Shown here: positions 1 through 7,649 of the stretch, piece by piece
Position numbering within the stretch: the stretch's first letter is position 1
Layout: each line of letters begins with the position of its first letter
Source of the DNA: Nitrospirota bacterium
Lineage (GTDB): Bacteria > Nitrospirota > Nitrospiria > 2-01-FULL-66-17
NCBI GenBank assembly: GCA_049325335.1
Contig: JBMOMC010000011.1
Span: forward strand, 36,950-52,825
Reading direction: 5' to 3'
Length of the DNA: 15,876 nucleotides
The notes under the pieces: model-generated
Database searches by the model: none
What the model was told of the DNA's origin: nothing
Seen by the model: only the letters and a program-made list of their open reading frames with translations
Position numbers and translations under genes: made by a program

Positions 1-231
1 GGGGCGGTGTACGTGTACACGCGAGATGGCGCGGGCGTATGGACCCAGCAAGCCTATGTGAAAGCCTCGAACACCGAGACCGAGGATGGGTTTGGGCGCG
101 CGGTGGCGGTGAGCAGCGACGGGGACACGGTGGTCGTAGGCGCAACGGGTGAAGACAGCAGCGCGACCGGGATCGATGGCCCTGCGGGCAATAACGGGGC
201 GCTCAATGCTGGGGCGGTGTATCTGTATTGA
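1..231 (+). CDS. C-terminal fragment of an FG-GAP/integrin-like beta-propeller repeat protein (5' end outside window)
   Basis: Open frame from base 1: GAVYVY...QQAYVKASNT...DGFGRAVAVSSDGDTVVVGA...AGAVYLY*, a typical FG-GAP repeat unit. Confidence 0.85.
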   Translation, partial: GAVYVYTRDGAGVWTQQAYVKASNTETEDGFGRAVAVSSDGDTVVVGATGEDSSATGIDGPAGNNGALNAGAVYLY

Positions 232-271
232 GACCTGGTGCAGCGGCCCGTTGCCCGTCGCACCCGGTCGC

Positions 272-301
272 TTGACACGTCTCTTTGCCGCGTGATATAA
301 G
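272..301 (+). promoter_or_regulatory. Putative sigma70 promoter for glnA
   Basis: TTGACA at 272-277, 18-nt spacer, TG-n-TATAAG extended -10 at 293-301. Confidence 0.7.
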
Positions 302-337
302 CGGCTCACTCGTCCGGCCGTGGCGGCTGGAAACCGG

Positions 338-393
338 GGGGACAAAGACGTCCTTCAGGCGTTGAACTGCGCCTGGGGCGTCTTTTTTGTTTT
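338..393 (+). terminator. glnA leader intrinsic terminator overlapped by an ANTAR-type hexaloop hairpin (attenuator)
   Basis: AAAGACG(344-350)/CGTCTTT(379-385) and CAGGCG(356-361)/CGCCTG(370-375) stems followed by TTTGTTTT; competing hairpin GGAC-AAAGAC-GTCC at 340-353 with loop A1 and G4. Confidence 0.75.
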
Positions 394-447
394 CGAGGCG
401 GTGCGATTGCGCGTGGTGGATCGGATTGAATCACAAAGGAGATGGCG

Positions 448-1857
448 ATGACGGCGAAGGAAGTGTTGGAGTACGCGAAGAAACACAAGGCGGTCATGGT
501 CGATCTGAAGTTCGTCGACCTTCCAGGCATTTGGCAGCACTTTTCCATTCCCATCGAGGAACTCAGCGAAGGCATCTTCAAGGAGGGGTTGGGGTTTGAC
601 GGATCGTCGATCCGCGGCTGGCAGGCGATCAACAACAGCGACATGTTGGTCATGCCGGATGCGGGAACGGCGGTCATGGATCCGTTCATGAAGCTGCCGA
701 CGCTCAGCCTGATCTGCAACATCGTGGATCCGGTATCGCACGAATCCTACAGCCGCGACCCGCGCTACATTGCGCAGAAGGCCGAGAAGTACCTCAAGTC
801 CACCAAGATCGGCGACACCGCGTACATTGGCCCCGAAGCCGAGTTCTTCATCTTCGACACCGCGCGGTTTAATCAGAACAGCCACAGCGGGTACTACTTC
901 CTGGATTCCGACGAAGGCGTGTGGAACTCCGGCAAAGAGGGCGACAATCGGGGGTACCGCCCGCGCCACAAAGAGGGGTACTTCCCGGTTTCGCCCACCG
1001 ACGCGCAGGATGACATCCGTACCGAGATGACTATGGAACTGCAGCGCATGGGTATTCCGGTGGAACGCCAGCACCACGAGGTGGCGACCGCGGGTCAGGC
1101 CGAAATCGACATCCGGTTCGATTCGTTGGTGAACATGGGCGACAAACTCATGACGTTCAAGTACGTCATTAAGAATGTGGCCAAACGATATGGAAAAAGC
1201 GTGACATTTATGCCTAAGCCGCTTTTCGGCGACAACGGCTCCGGCATGCACACGCACCAGTCGATTTGGAAGGACGGTAAGCCGTTGTTCGCGGGTAAGG
1301 AGTACGCCGGGGTATCGCAGATGTGCCTGCACTATATCGGCGGCATCCTGAAGCACGCGGGCGCGATTGCGGCCCTGACCAACCCGACCACCAATTCGTA
1401 CAAGCGGCTGACCCCGGGCTTTGAAGCGCCGGTGAACCTGGCGTATTCGAGCCGGAACCGCTCCGCGTCGATCCGCATCCCGATGTACTCCAACAGCCCG
1501 AAAGCCAAGCGTATCGAAGTGCGGTTCCCTGATCCGTCGTGTAATCCGTACCTCGCGTTTGCCGCGATGTTGATGGCCGGGCTGGACGGCATCGAGAACA
1601 AGATCGATCCGGGCGCGGCGGTGGAGGGCGATCTGTACGAGATGAGCGCGAAGGAACTCTCGCGCATCAAGACCATGCCCGGAAGCTTGGATGAGGCGCT
1701 GGAGAACCTCTCGGTGGATCACGCGTTCCTGCTCAAGGGCGGGGTCTTCACCAAGGACGTGATCGAGACGTGGATCAGCTACAAACGCGAAAAAGAGGTG
1801 GACGCGATGCGGCTGCGCCCGCATCCGTACGAATTCTTCCTGTACTACGACATTTAA
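448..1857 (+). CDS. glnA: Glutamine synthetase type I (beta subtype)
   Basis: [70 protein letters not shown] adenylylation tyrosine, C-terminal [21 protein letters not shown] at 436-441 favours ATG 448 over 442. Confidence 0.98.
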   Translation: MTAKEVLEYAKKHKAVMVDLKFVDLPGIWQHFSIPIEELSEGIFKEGLGFDGSSIRGWQAINNSDMLVMPDAGTAVMDPFMKLPTLSLICNIVDPVSHESYSRDPRYIAQKAEKYLKSTKIGDTAYIGPEAEFFIFDTARFNQNSHSGYYFLDSDEGVWNSGKEGDNRGYRPRHKEGYFPVSPTDAQDDIRTEMTMELQRMGIPVERQHHEVATAGQAEIDIRFDSLVNMGDKLMTFKYVIKNVAKRYGKSVTFMPKPLFGDNGSGMHTHQSIWKDGKPLFAGKEYAGVSQMCLHYIGGILKHAGAIAALTNPTTNSYKRLTPGFEAPVNLAYSSRNRSASIRIPMYSNSPKAKRIEVRFPDPSCNPYLAFAAMLMAGLDGIENKIDPGAAVEGDLYEMSAKELSRIKTMPGSLDEALENLSVDHAFLLKGGVFTKDVIETWISYKREKEVDAMRLRPHPYEFFLYYDI

Positions 1858-1888
1858 GCGAGATATCCCAAGCTTGGTTATGTACACC

Positions 1889-2005
1889 GGCCGCTCAAAA
1901 AGATCCGGATGCCAGGCCGGAGGGAGGAGGAAACCGGAGCGTACTCAGTCGTACGTGAGGATTTCCGACGACCGACAACGCCGCAGACAGACTTTTTCAG
2001 CGGCC
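1889..2005. mobile_element. MITE-like palindromic intergenic element with terminal inverted repeats
   Basis: GGCCGCTCAAAAAG (1889-1902) vs CTTTTTCAGCGGCC (1992-2005), 13/14 complementary; internal stems GGAAACC/GGATTTCC and CGTAC/GTACG. Confidence 0.6.
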
Positions 2006-2023
2006 TGCTAAAAGGAGGGAGTG

Positions 2024-2332
2024 ATGGGCGTCCATCGCATTACCAGCCCCGCGGCCAAGGCGTACATGCAGCGGGAGCGGATCTTGGGAGAAGGATTGTC
2101 GCTGTTGGCTGCCGCGGCGGACAAGCCGACGCTGAGTTCCGAGGCGTTGGAAGCGGCCGGAGACTTGGCCGCACAGTTGGTGCCGCACGCGCCGGGGTAC
2201 GGCGGCAAGGCGTTGCAGATCGTGGCCGCGCAGTTTTGGCGGCAAGCGAAGGTCAAGGAGAAGGCGGCGGACATGTTGTCGTTCGACGATCTGGAGAAAA
2301 AGGTCAACGCGCTGCGTCGCTTGGTTGGTTAG
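2024..2332 (+). CDS. Small alpha-helical hypothetical protein (102 aa)
   Basis: AGGAGG at 2013-2018 before ATG 2024; Ala/Leu-rich helical sequence filling the gap between glnA and the aminotransferase. Confidence 0.8.
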   Translation: MGVHRITSPAAKAYMQRERILGEGLSLLAAAADKPTLSSEALEAAGDLAAQLVPHAPGYGGKALQIVAAQFWRQAKVKEKAADMLSFDDLEKKVNALRRLVG

Positions 2333-2350
2333 GGTTGTCCCGGGGTCGTG

Positions 2351-3463
2351 ATGGAACGCGAGATTCTCCAGTATCTCGAACCATACGACCCCGGGGTGTT
2401 TCCGGCCGCGGTCACCGCGCGGTACGGGATCCCCGAATCCCGGATCGCGAACCTGGCCTCCAACGAGACGCCGTACCGGCTTCCGCGCTCGGTGGTCAAC
2501 GGCCTCGCTCGGAGTCTCGCCGAAGTTACCCGGTACCCGGACCCGTCCTACCGACGGGCCAAGGACGCGGTTGCGGCGTACGTGCGGTGTTCGCCCAAGG
2601 CCGTCAGCGTGGGCAATGGGGCGGGCGAAGTGCTCGCGACGCTGGCAGCGGTCACGCTCGAGTCGCACGCCCGCGCGATCGTGCCCATCCCGTCGTACTC
2701 GTTGTACCTGTTCGTGGCGATGGCGCAGAACGCCTCGCTCGAATTGGTACAGATGGATCCCCCCGGATTCGCGTTCGACGTGGATCGCGTCATCGATCAG
2801 GCGCGCGACGCGGCGTTGGTGCTGATCTGCTCGCCCAACAATCCGACCGGGGCCTCGGTGCCGGCCGCCGCGATCACCCGGCTGCACCAGGAGACATCTG
2901 CCGTGATTGCCGTGGATGAAGCGTATGCCGAATTCTCAGGCCGCAGCGTGCTGCCGCTGGTCAAGACCCATCCTCGGCTGGCGGTGATTCGATCGTGCTC
3001 CAAATATTTCGGGCTCGCGGGTCTTCGCGTGGGCTACGTGGTGGCGGACCCTGGGTTGATCGACCGGATGGAGCGGGTCCGGCTGCCGTTCAACGTGAAC
3101 CGCCCTGCGGTCGCGGCGCTCGAACTGGTCACGCGGCAACGCGCGTGGTTCGCGGCCCAAGCGCGCCGTATCGTGTCTGATCGCAAGGTCTTGGCCGCGG
3201 CCGTGGCGCGGGACACACGGTGCGTGGCGTTGCCCTCCGACGCCAACTTTTTGCTCATCAAACTGCCGGACGGGTTGTCGTCCGTGAGCGTGATGGACGG
3301 ACTGCTGAGTCGAGGCATTATTGTGCGCGACGTCAGCGGCATGCCGGGATTGGGCGACGGGTACTTGCGCGTGACGGTCGGTACGCCTGCCGACAACCGA
3401 CGGTTCGCGCGCGCGTTGGCCGCGTTGCCGGATACCAGAAAGGCGGGCCGATCGCGACGATGA
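2351..3463 (+). CDS. hisC: PLP-dependent class I/II aminotransferase, HisC (histidinol-phosphate aminotransferase)/CobD-like
   Basis: [39 protein letters not shown] (PLP lysine), SDANF, GIIVRD, LRVTVG; substrate not certain, GTG 2348 is an alternative start. Confidence 0.75.
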   Translation: MEREILQYLEPYDPGVFPAAVTARYGIPESRIANLASNETPYRLPRSVVNGLARSLAEVTRYPDPSYRRAKDAVAAYVRCSPKAVSVGNGAGEVLATLAAVTLESHARAIVPIPSYSLYLFVAMAQNASLELVQMDPPGFAFDVDRVIDQARDAALVLICSPNNPTGASVPAAAITRLHQETSAVIAVDEAYAEFSGRSVLPLVKTHPRLAVIRSCSKYFGLAGLRVGYVVADPGLIDRMERVRLPFNVNRPAVAALELVTRQRAWFAAQARRIVSDRKVLAAAVARDTRCVALPSDANFLLIKLPDGLSSVSVMDGLLSRGIIVRDVSGMPGLGDGYLRVTVGTPADNRRFARALAALPDTRKAGRSRR

Positions 3464-4989
3464 CTCCGCTCGAGCGCAAAGTCCAGGAACTGACCTGCTT
3501 GTACGAAGTCGCTCGCGCATTGGCCACCTCGCTCGACATCAAAGAGAGCAGCGGCGCGGTGATTCGTATCCTCGTCACGGTCCTCGGCGCCACGCAGGGG
3601 AGCCTTGCGCTGCGCGATTCGGTGACCGACGACCTGGTGATCACCGCCGCGCACGGCCTCACGCCCGACGAAATGGCGCGCGGACGATTCAAACCCACCG
3701 AGGGGGTAACCGGCGCGGTCTTTACCAGCGGCGAACCCATGATCGTGCCGGACCTGGGCAAGGAACCGCTGTTCCTGAATCGCACCCAATCGCGCGCGAA
3801 CCTGTCGCGCGTCGCGTTGGTCGCGGTGCCGGTGCAGGCGCAGGGCGAGACCCTGGGCGTGCTGAGCGTGGACCGTCCGTCGCCCGATCCCTCGGTCAGC
3901 CTCGACGAGGATGTGCGCGTGCTGACCGTTGCGGCCTCGCTCATCGGCCAGGCGGTCAAACTCCAACGCATGGTGGATGAGGAGCGCCGAAAACTTGAGG
4001 CGATCAACCTGTCGTTGCAGCATCAGTTGCAGGCCAAGTATCGCGCTTCGCCCATCGTGGGCCGCAGCCGGGCCATGAACGATGTCTTCGAGGCGATCGA
4101 ACGCGTAGGCGGGAGTCGGGCCACGGTGTTGCTCCTGGGAGAAAGCGGTACCGGCAAGGAATTGATCGCGCGCGCGATCCACTACAACAGCCCTCACGCC
4201 GAGGGGCCTTTTGTGACGCTCAATTGCGCGGCCCTGCCGGAACCTCTCGTCGAGAGCGAACTCTTTGGCCACGAGAAAGGCGCGTTTACCGGCGCCACCG
4301 CGTTGCGCAAGGGACGGTTCGAACTCGCGGACGGGGGCACATTGTTTTTGGACGAGATCGGCGAACTCCCGCTCGCGATGCAGTCCAAGTTGTTGCGGGT
4401 GCTCCAAGAGCGGACATTCGAGCGCGTGGGGGGCAGTAAATCGATCACGGTCCAGGTCCGGTTGATCGCCGCGACCAACCGAGACTTGGAGCGTGCCGTG
4501 GCCGACGGCTCGTTCCGTGGCGACTTGTATTATCGCTTGAAAGTGGTGCCCATTCACATTCCGCCGCTGCGTGAGCGCCGCGAGGACATCCCTCTGCTGG
4601 TGGATCACTTTCTCAAGCGGTTCCGCCAAGAGCACCAGAAACCTGCGACGATCATGCCGGATGCGTTGGCCCGGCTGGTCGAGTATCAGTGGCCGGGGAA
4701 CGTGCGCGAGGTGGAGAATACGTTGGAGCGCCTGGTGATCATGGGCCGACAACCCCAGATTACGTTGCAGGACGTCGTGGCGGCGATCGGCGAACGAGAC
4801 CGGCCGGCCTCGTTCGCGGGCCCTGGGGAGGCGTCGCTGACCTCGTCGGTGGAAGATTTGGAGCGGCAGCAGATCGTCAAGGCAATGGAGGAGGCTGGCG
4901 GCGTGCAGGCTAAGGCCGCCAAAGAGCTCGGCATCACGCCGCGGCAATTGGGGTACCGGCTCAAGAAATACGGCCTGGTGTCCTCGTGA
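3460..4989 (+). CDS. NifA-like sigma54-dependent activator (GAF - AAA+ - Fis-type HTH)
   Basis: ATG 3460 overlaps upstream TGA (ATGA); GAF region ([22 protein letters not shown]); Walker [83 protein letters not shown]. Confidence 0.92.
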   Translation: MTPLERKVQELTCLYEVARALATSLDIKESSGAVIRILVTVLGATQGSLALRDSVTDDLVITAAHGLTPDEMARGRFKPTEGVTGAVFTSGEPMIVPDLGKEPLFLNRTQSRANLSRVALVAVPVQAQGETLGVLSVDRPSPDPSVSLDEDVRVLTVAASLIGQAVKLQRMVDEERRKLEAINLSLQHQLQAKYRASPIVGRSRAMNDVFEAIERVGGSRATVLLLGESGTGKELIARAIHYNSPHAEGPFVTLNCAALPEPLVESELFGHEKGAFTGATALRKGRFELADGGTLFLDEIGELPLAMQSKLLRVLQERTFERVGGSKSITVQVRLIAATNRDLERAVADGSFRGDLYYRLKVVPIHIPPLRERREDIPLLVDHFLKRFRQEHQKPATIMPDALARLVEYQWPGNVREVENTLERLVIMGRQPQITLQDVVAAIGERDRPASFAGPGEASLTSSVEDLERQQIVKAMEEAGGVQAKAAKELGITPRQLGYRLKKYGLVSS

Positions 4990-4996
4990 GCGGCCG

Positions 4997-5356
4997 ATGA
5001 CGACCTATCTCAGCGCGGCATTTCTACAACAATGTTTCGCGATGCACCGCTACGACCTCGTGGTCAACCGCCTGACTCCGGCCGGCGTGGTCGTGTCGTG
5101 TCGACAGTGCAGGCTCCGGCACGCGGTCCGTCTCGGGCCGTGGCAGGCGGACTCCGACGCCGCGCAGCAGGCGACGCCCGTGGTTGGCGTGGGCCTGCTG
5201 GTGTGCGCGGCCGGGCATCTTCCGGCCGTGTGCGTGCAGAACGTGGACGTGCAGCGCGACCATGTCCAGGTCGCGTGTAAGGAGTGCCGGACCACGGCCG
5301 GGTTCCGGCTCGCCGAGTGCGTGACGCGCGATTTGGGCGGACGAGGCGCGCCGTGA
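4997..5356 (+). CDS. Hypothetical protein with two tandem C-x3-H...C-x2-C zinc-binding repeats
   Basis: C13-x3-H17-x17-C35-x2-C38 and C70-x3-H74-x19-C94-x2-C97; starts 7 nt after the activator stop, and its stop overlaps the next start. Confidence 0.75.
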   Translation: MTTYLSAAFLQQCFAMHRYDLVVNRLTPAGVVVSCRQCRLRHAVRLGPWQADSDAAQQATPVVGVGLLVCAAGHLPAVCVQNVDVQRDHVQVACKECRTTAGFRLAECVTRDLGGRGAP

Positions 5357-5967
5357 ACGCGCCGTCGGAGGTTCCCACGTTCGAGTCAGTGGCCGCGTTC
5401 CACGGCCACGTGTGCCTCGACATTGCGCTGGGGTATCGGGTTGCGACCGCGGCCATGCGCGAATTGGGGTGCGACCGGCCGCGCGACGAGGAACTGGTCG
5501 CCATTGTAGAGAACGACTCCTGTTCGGTCGACGCGGTTCAGGCCGTGACCGGATGTACCTTCGGCAAAGGCAATCTCGTGTATCACCCATACGGCAAGGC
5601 CGCGTATACCGTGATCGACCGACGCACCGGCCGTGCGGTCAGGATCTATTGTCATTTTTGGGAGGCATTCGACCGCGGCGAGGGCGTGGCATTTATTGCG
5701 TTGATGAACCGCGTGTTGGCCGGCGAGTCGTCGTCGGCCGAGCGTGAACGGTTCGGCCGTGAGATGGCCGAGATTTCTCAGCGGATCTTATCGCTACCGG
5801 AACGGGAACTGTTTTCGGTGTCTCGCGTGGAGACGCCGCCTCCGCCTTCGGCACGCATCTTTTCCTCCGCGGCGTGCGACCAATGCGGTGAATGGACTAT
5901 GGAGACCCGCCTCGCACTGATCCACGGCAGGAGACTGTGCCCCCCGTGTCGAGACGTAAGGGGTTGA
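5353..5967 (+). CDS. FmdE-family protein (formylmethanofuran dehydrogenase subunit E-like) with C-terminal zinc finger
   Basis: GTG 5353 overlaps upstream TGA; FHGHVC, ENDSCSVDAVQAVTGCTFGKGNL, GKAAYT; C-terminal CDQCGE...LCPPC. Confidence 0.9.
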   Translation: MNAPSEVPTFESVAAFHGHVCLDIALGYRVATAAMRELGCDRPRDEELVAIVENDSCSVDAVQAVTGCTFGKGNLVYHPYGKAAYTVIDRRTGRAVRIYCHFWEAFDRGEGVAFIALMNRVLAGESSSAERERFGREMAEISQRILSLPERELFSVSRVETPPPPSARIFSSAACDQCGEWTMETRLALIHGRRLCPPCRDVRG

Positions 5968-5993
5968 GCCCCGACACGTTCCGGTGTCGGGGC
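5968..5993 (+). terminator. Perfect 10-bp GC-rich hairpin right after the fmdE-like stop (possible terminator or stabiliser)
   Basis: GCCCCGACAC-GTTCCG-GTGTCGGGGC; the T run is delayed to 6002-6006. Confidence 0.55.
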
Positions 5994-6260
5994 ACTGCAC
6001 GTTTTTGAACCGCCGTCTCCGACCTTCGTTGCTCCGTTAAAAAAGAATTCGGAGGAAACCGGCATGCTGACCGGTCTTTCTCCTAACGCGAGCACCGCGC
6101 CAGGGGTTGTCGTGGTCGGCGACGCGGTGTGGCGAAACCTAGTCGCGAGAAGGAACGTACGAGCAGGCAATTCACGATATCCACACGGCATTGCATCGGA
6201 TCGCACGTTGAGTTGATCTGTGAGTCCACAAATAGTGGGTCGTCGGAAACATGAGGCAGG

Positions 6261-7649
6261 GTGGTGATGTGGTGGCCCCCGACTAACGTCTACACGGTTC
6301 TCCTAGGGATCATTACCGCGGTGGCGGTGCTGGTCGTGGTCTGCGGCGTGGCCGTTGCGATTCGGCGCGCGTTCAAACAGCGGCGGTACAGGACCAGGGA
6401 CCAACTCCGCGCCCATTACGCGCCGATTGTCGCGGCGCTCCGGCCGGGCGACGAGCCGCCTGAGTCGCTTGATCAGCCGAACAATTCGCCGGCCTGGGAG
6501 GTCATCGGGGCCGAGCTCCGAGAGGCCATCGAACGCGCGGCGAGCGTTCAAGAACGGGAGTTTCTCTCCGGCGTGTGTGGGCGACTCGGATACGTGGAGG
6601 CGCATATCCGACGGTTGTCAGACGGCCGGCCGGGCGCTCGAGCCTTAGCGGCCGATCATCTGGGCGCCATGCGGCATCGTACCGCGGTCCCAGCTCTCGC
6701 CCGCGCGCTGGATGATTCGGACCTCGACGTGCGCACCGTGTCCGCGCGCGCGTTGGGGATGATCGGCGGCGAGGACGCGTTGGGCCATCTCGTGCATCGT
6801 CTGCTGTCCGCTTCCCCCGACGAGCCGGAAATCTCGTTCCGAGTGATCAAGTCTGTTCTCATGGCTGGCGGTCCGTCGGTGGTTGCTCCTTTGGAAAACG
6901 GGTTGCTGCACCCGGTATGGCGAATTCGGAGCGCGGTCATTGATATTCTTGGACAGGTTGGAGCCGCGGAGACGGCGCCGCGTTTGGTCGAGTTGCTGTC
7001 GGACCCGGAACCCGACGTCCGCGCAAAAGTCGCGCGCGTCCTCGGTCAACTCGGTCATGGTCCGGCCGTGCCCACCCTGCAGACCGCGCTCGGGGATCCC
7101 GCGTGGGTTGTTCGGTTGCAGGCCACCCGGTCGCTCGGACTGTTGGGCGGAGCGGCCACGTCGGCGTTGCAGGATCGGCTGCTGGACACGCAGTGGCACG
7201 TTCGGGCGGCCGCGGCGGAAGCGCTTCGGCGGAGCGGATCGGACGCGTTGTGGTCAATCTGGAGCACGCTCTCGGACTGCCGGGATCGCTACGCACGCGA
7301 GCAACTGTTCGAGGAACTGCAACGCTCATCGCTCTTGCAAAAGTACATCGGGTTACTGGAAAGCCATCGCGTCGAGGAACGGACGCGGAGCGAGACCGTG
7401 GTCCAAGACTGTCTCCGCGAAGGGGTCACGAGCCTCATCATCCATTCGCTCAAAACCCACCCCAGCGCCGATGTGCGACGGCGGCTGTTGGATCTGCTGA
7501 CGCCGTACCGTCAGCCGGAGATCATTGCGGCGATCGAGGAAGTGAAAGCGAGCGACCCGGATCATGGTCTGCGACGGCTCGCCCAGGCTGTGCTGGACGG
7601 CGCGACGGTCTCCGCGCAGAGTCAGAGGAGCAACGGCCATGTGGTATGA
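6261..7649 (+). CDS. Membrane-anchored HEAT/PBS-lyase repeat protein
   Basis: N-terminal hydrophobic helix (VYTVLLGIITAVAVLVVVCGVAVAI) then RRAFKQRR; repeats such as ALDDSDLDVRTVSARALG, LLSDPEPDVRAKVARVLG, ALGDPAWVVRLQATRSLG, LLDTQWHVRAAAAEAL; start may be 6261, 6264 or 6267. Confidence 0.9.
   Translation: MVMWWPPTNVYTVLLGIITAVAVLVVVCGVAVAIRRAFKQRRYRTRDQLRAHYAPIVAALRPGDEPPESLDQPNNSPAWEVIGAELREAIERAASVQEREFLSGVCGRLGYVEAHIRRLSDGRPGARALAADHLGAMRHRTAVPALARALDDSDLDVRTVSARALGMIGGEDALGHLVHRLLSASPDEPEISFRVIKSVLMAGGPSVVAPLENGLLHPVWRIRSAVIDILGQVGAAETAPRLVELLSDPEPDVRAKVARVLGQLGHGPAVPTLQTALGDPAWVVRLQATRSLGLLGGAATSALQDRLLDTQWHVRAAAAEALRRSGSDALWSIWSTLSDCRDRYAREQLFEELQRSSLLQKYIGLLESHRVEERTRSETVVQDCLREGVTSLIIHSLKTHPSADVRRRLLDLLTPYRQPEIIAAIEEVKASDPDHGLRRLAQAVLDGATVSAQSQRSNGHVV

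Noticed and set aside
218..233. Possible NifA upstream site TGT-N10-ACA
   Set aside because: Only TGT-N10-AGA, lying mostly within the upstream CDS; likely chance
302..441. Glutamine riboswitch (glnA motif) in the glnA leader
   Set aside because: I could not find the conserved CGTT...GGAAG...GAAGGAACG core; the structure fits a terminator with an ANTAR-like hairpin better
355..1887. 510-aa antisense ORF spanning glnA
   Set aside because: Shadow frame expected from high-GC codon bias; no recognisable motifs
1909..2919. 336-aa Arg/Gly-rich plus-strand ORF
   Set aside because: Off-frame composition; overlaps two better-supported genes and starts inside the MITE-like element
3220..3459. Long N-terminal extensions in the ORF track (3220, also 5284, 7564, 8904, 14778, 15180)
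   Set aside because: They overlap upstream genes or promoters; stop/start overlaps, RBS positions or promoter position support the shorter starts
3034..4947. 637-aa antisense ORF over the aminotransferase and activator
   Set aside because: Shadow of well-supported plus-strand genes
3460..4989. Calling the activator nifA and inferring nitrogen fixation
   Set aside because: No nif genes in the window, and the GAF-AAA+-HTH layout is shared by many activators
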